Source of the DNA: Heterodontus francisci
Lineage: Eukaryota
Reading direction: 5' to 3'
Length of the DNA: 64,000 nt
NCBI RefSeq assembly: GCF_036365525.1
Contig: NC_090418.1
Location: 7,356,304 to 7,420,303 of the forward strand
Part shown: positions 61,678 to 64,000 of the stretch, one piece after another
Position numbering within the stretch: position 1 is the first letter of the stretch
Layout of the letters: every line of letters starts with the position of its first letter
The notes under the pieces: generated by a model
Told to the model about the DNA's origin: nothing
Seen by the model: only the letters and a program-made list of their open reading frames with translations
Database searches by the model: none
Position numbers and translations under genes: made by a program

Positions 61678-62789
61678 GGAGTGAAATATTCTGGACCTGA
61701 AACAAGACAGCATTTGACAACCTGTACTATCTGCGCTCTCCGCACTCCCACATGAATCGAAGGTGGAACCGGACCCTGCTCTGCTTGTCTCCTGTTCTAT
61801 CTCCATATTGGACTCCGGCATTCACACTCAAGACTCAACACATGACAGTAGACATTGAATGAGTTTAAATTGAGCCAAAGGCAGAGAGATAATTAACAAA
61901 TATGAATTGGGATGATGCAATCGTGAAATGCAAACAGCCAATAATCCAGCCCTTCCAGTCCATGTGCACCCTACTCTATCCCGGACTTTATGCTAACGGC
62001 CTGCTGGGGTATAAATCCGAAAACTGACCCAGGCCCAACCCGGCCACAGCCAACCCGAACCCGACCCGGGCATGAGTCCTTTAATTTTTTTTTGTTATTG
62101 TGCCCTACCTTATCCAAATGGTAATACTTGTGATCCTCTTCATCCCGTTCCGGTAGCAGGCTATTCCTGCAGATGGAGTTGTGGGGAATCATGGGTGAAC
62201 CTGATCCCGTGAGTTCCCAGAGGCAGTACCATCCAGCCCGACCCGATCCGAGCCCGAATGCTGGTCTCGGAATATAGACCCGACCTTACCCGAGCCCGAC
62301 ACATGTAGTCGAGTTCGGGTTGGGTAGCTAGGCTTTACTCTATCCACCCGTTTAATCTCCTTCTACAGCCCCTGCGTGCTGCACTCTATCCCGGACTCCA
62401 CCCACCTAATCTAATCTCCTTCCACAGCCCCTGAACACTCTACCCTATCATTGAATCTTTTGCACCCATTTAGCCCGCTGAGACAAAGGGGCCTCAAATG
62501 GATATCCCCCGAAATCAGGCGTGGGGATAGCCCTGCTCCGGCTGCAGCAGGGGCTAAAACGTCTGGTGCCAATGCTTGAAGGCCTGCAGGAAGGGGCAGG
62601 AACGGCACGAGAGGGCAGAGAGTCAGTGCCCGCCTTTTTGGATGCACGTTGGAGTCATGGTGTCGGAGGCTGACTGGAGTAGAGAGCTTCTCTTCCATCA
62701 GGGAGCTAGGAGGGCTTCCAAAAAGATACAGCAAAGACAGTGCGAACAACAGCTTGGCGGTAAAGTCACTGGGCCAGTCATCCAAAAGC

Positions 62790-64000
62790 CCACCTCTCTG
62801 TGCCCCTCACTCACTCTAACCTGCCCCCCTCTGAACTTACCGCACTCCAGTCTCTCAAGTCTAACCCCAACATTGTGATCAAGCCTGCAGACAAGGGTGG
62901 TGCTGTCGTTGTCTGCAGTGCCAACTCTCAGACACTTCTTCCTACCACCCCCTGGACCATGACCCCACCACCGAACGTCAAGCTACTGTCCACAGGACTG
63001 TCACTGACCTCATCTCCTCCGGACATCTTCCCTTTACAGCTTCCAACCTCATAGTCCCACAACCCCGGACAGCCCGCTTCTACCTCCTTCCCAAAATCCA
63101 CAAACAGGACTGTCCCGGCAGAGCCATTGTGTCAGCCTGCTCCTGCCCCACTGAACCTATTTCTTCCTATCTTGACTCTATCTTTTCTCCGCTGGTCCAG
63201 TCTCTTCCCACCTACATCTGTGACTCTTCTGACGCCCTGCGTAATTTTAACAATTCTCAGTCTCCTGGCCCCAACCGCCTCCTCTTCACTATGGACGTCC
63301 AATCTCTCTGCACCTCCATCTCCCACCAGGACTGTTTGAGGGCTCTCCACTCCTTCCTTGAACAGAGGCCCAACCAGTCCCCATTCACCACCACCCTCCT
63401 CCGCCTGGCTGAACTTGTTCTCACATTGAACAACTTCTCCTTCAACTCCACTCACTTCCTGCAAGTAAAAGGTGTTGCTATGGGTACCCGCATGGGTCCT
63501 AGTTATGATGGTCTTTTTGTGGGATATGTCGAGCATTCTTTGTTCCAGTCCTGCTTAGGGCCCCTCCCCCACCTCTTTTTCCAGTACATTGATGACTGTA
63601 TCGGTGCTGTTTCCTGCTCCTGCCCCGAACTGGAAAACTTTATCAACTTTGCTTCTAATTTCCACTCTTCTCTCACCTTTACATGGTCCATCTCCGACAC
63701 TTCCCTTCCCTTCCTCGACTTCTCTGTCTCCATCTCTGGGGATAGGCTGTCTACTAATATTCATTATAAGCCCACCGACTCTCACAGCTACCTCGACTAC
63801 ACTTCTTCACACCCTACCTCCTGTAAGGACTTCATTCCATTCTCCCAGTTTCTCTGTCTCTGACACGTCTGCTCTGATGATGCTACCTTCCATGACAGCG
63901 CTTCTATATGTCTTCCATTTTCCTCAACCGAGGATTCCCCCTCACTGTGGTTGACAGGGCCCTCAACCGTGTCCGGCCCATTTCCCGCACCTCTACCCTC
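62790..64000 (+). mobile_element. Penelope-like element reverse transcriptase, degraded, truncated by window end
   Basis: IKPADKGGAVV, FYLLPKIHK, TMDVQSL, GVAMGTRMGP, QYIDD, LPFLD, YKPTDSHSYL. Confidence 0.9.

Overview
Repeat-rich vertebrate genomic DNA, most likely a shark or other elasmobranch. The evidence is HE1-type and Deu/SacSINE-type SINEs, abundant CR1 LINEs, and RTE, Tx1 and Penelope elements. Most ORFs in the track are retroelement fragments or tandem-repeat artefacts. Between the repeats I could assemble, from splice sites and phases, a small immunoglobulin-superfamily cluster. (1) A minus-strand CD28/CTLA4/TMIGD2/NKp30-like single-V receptor: leader 40056-40122, V 34735-35100, TM 31369-31491, optional exon 30736-30810, cytoplasmic exons 29698-29762 and 28552-28911; about 326 aa with an uncharged TM and three ITIM-like motifs. 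(2) About 17 kb upstream in the same orientation, a B7-family-like gene: leader 61608-61677, V 59825-60181, an atypical Cys-rich Ig domain 58922-59248 and a GPI-signal-like last exon 57556-57644; about 280 aa. (3) A convergent plus-strand small type-I membrane protein: leader 17006-17069 and a TM/KKxx exon 20909-21036, with no visible Ig exon. The candidate novel system is a physically linked inhibitory CD28-like receptor and GPI-anchored B7-like ligand. An N-gap (57147-57308) lies between the two genes, so the linkage needs confirmation. Other notable items: a 4.4-kb minisatellite built from a CR1 coding motif, repeated retroinsertions at one site of a 70-bp satellite, a Penelope-type minimal hammerhead ribozyme and an internally deleted SWIM/MULE transposon. 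All gene models are manual predictions without transcript or database support.
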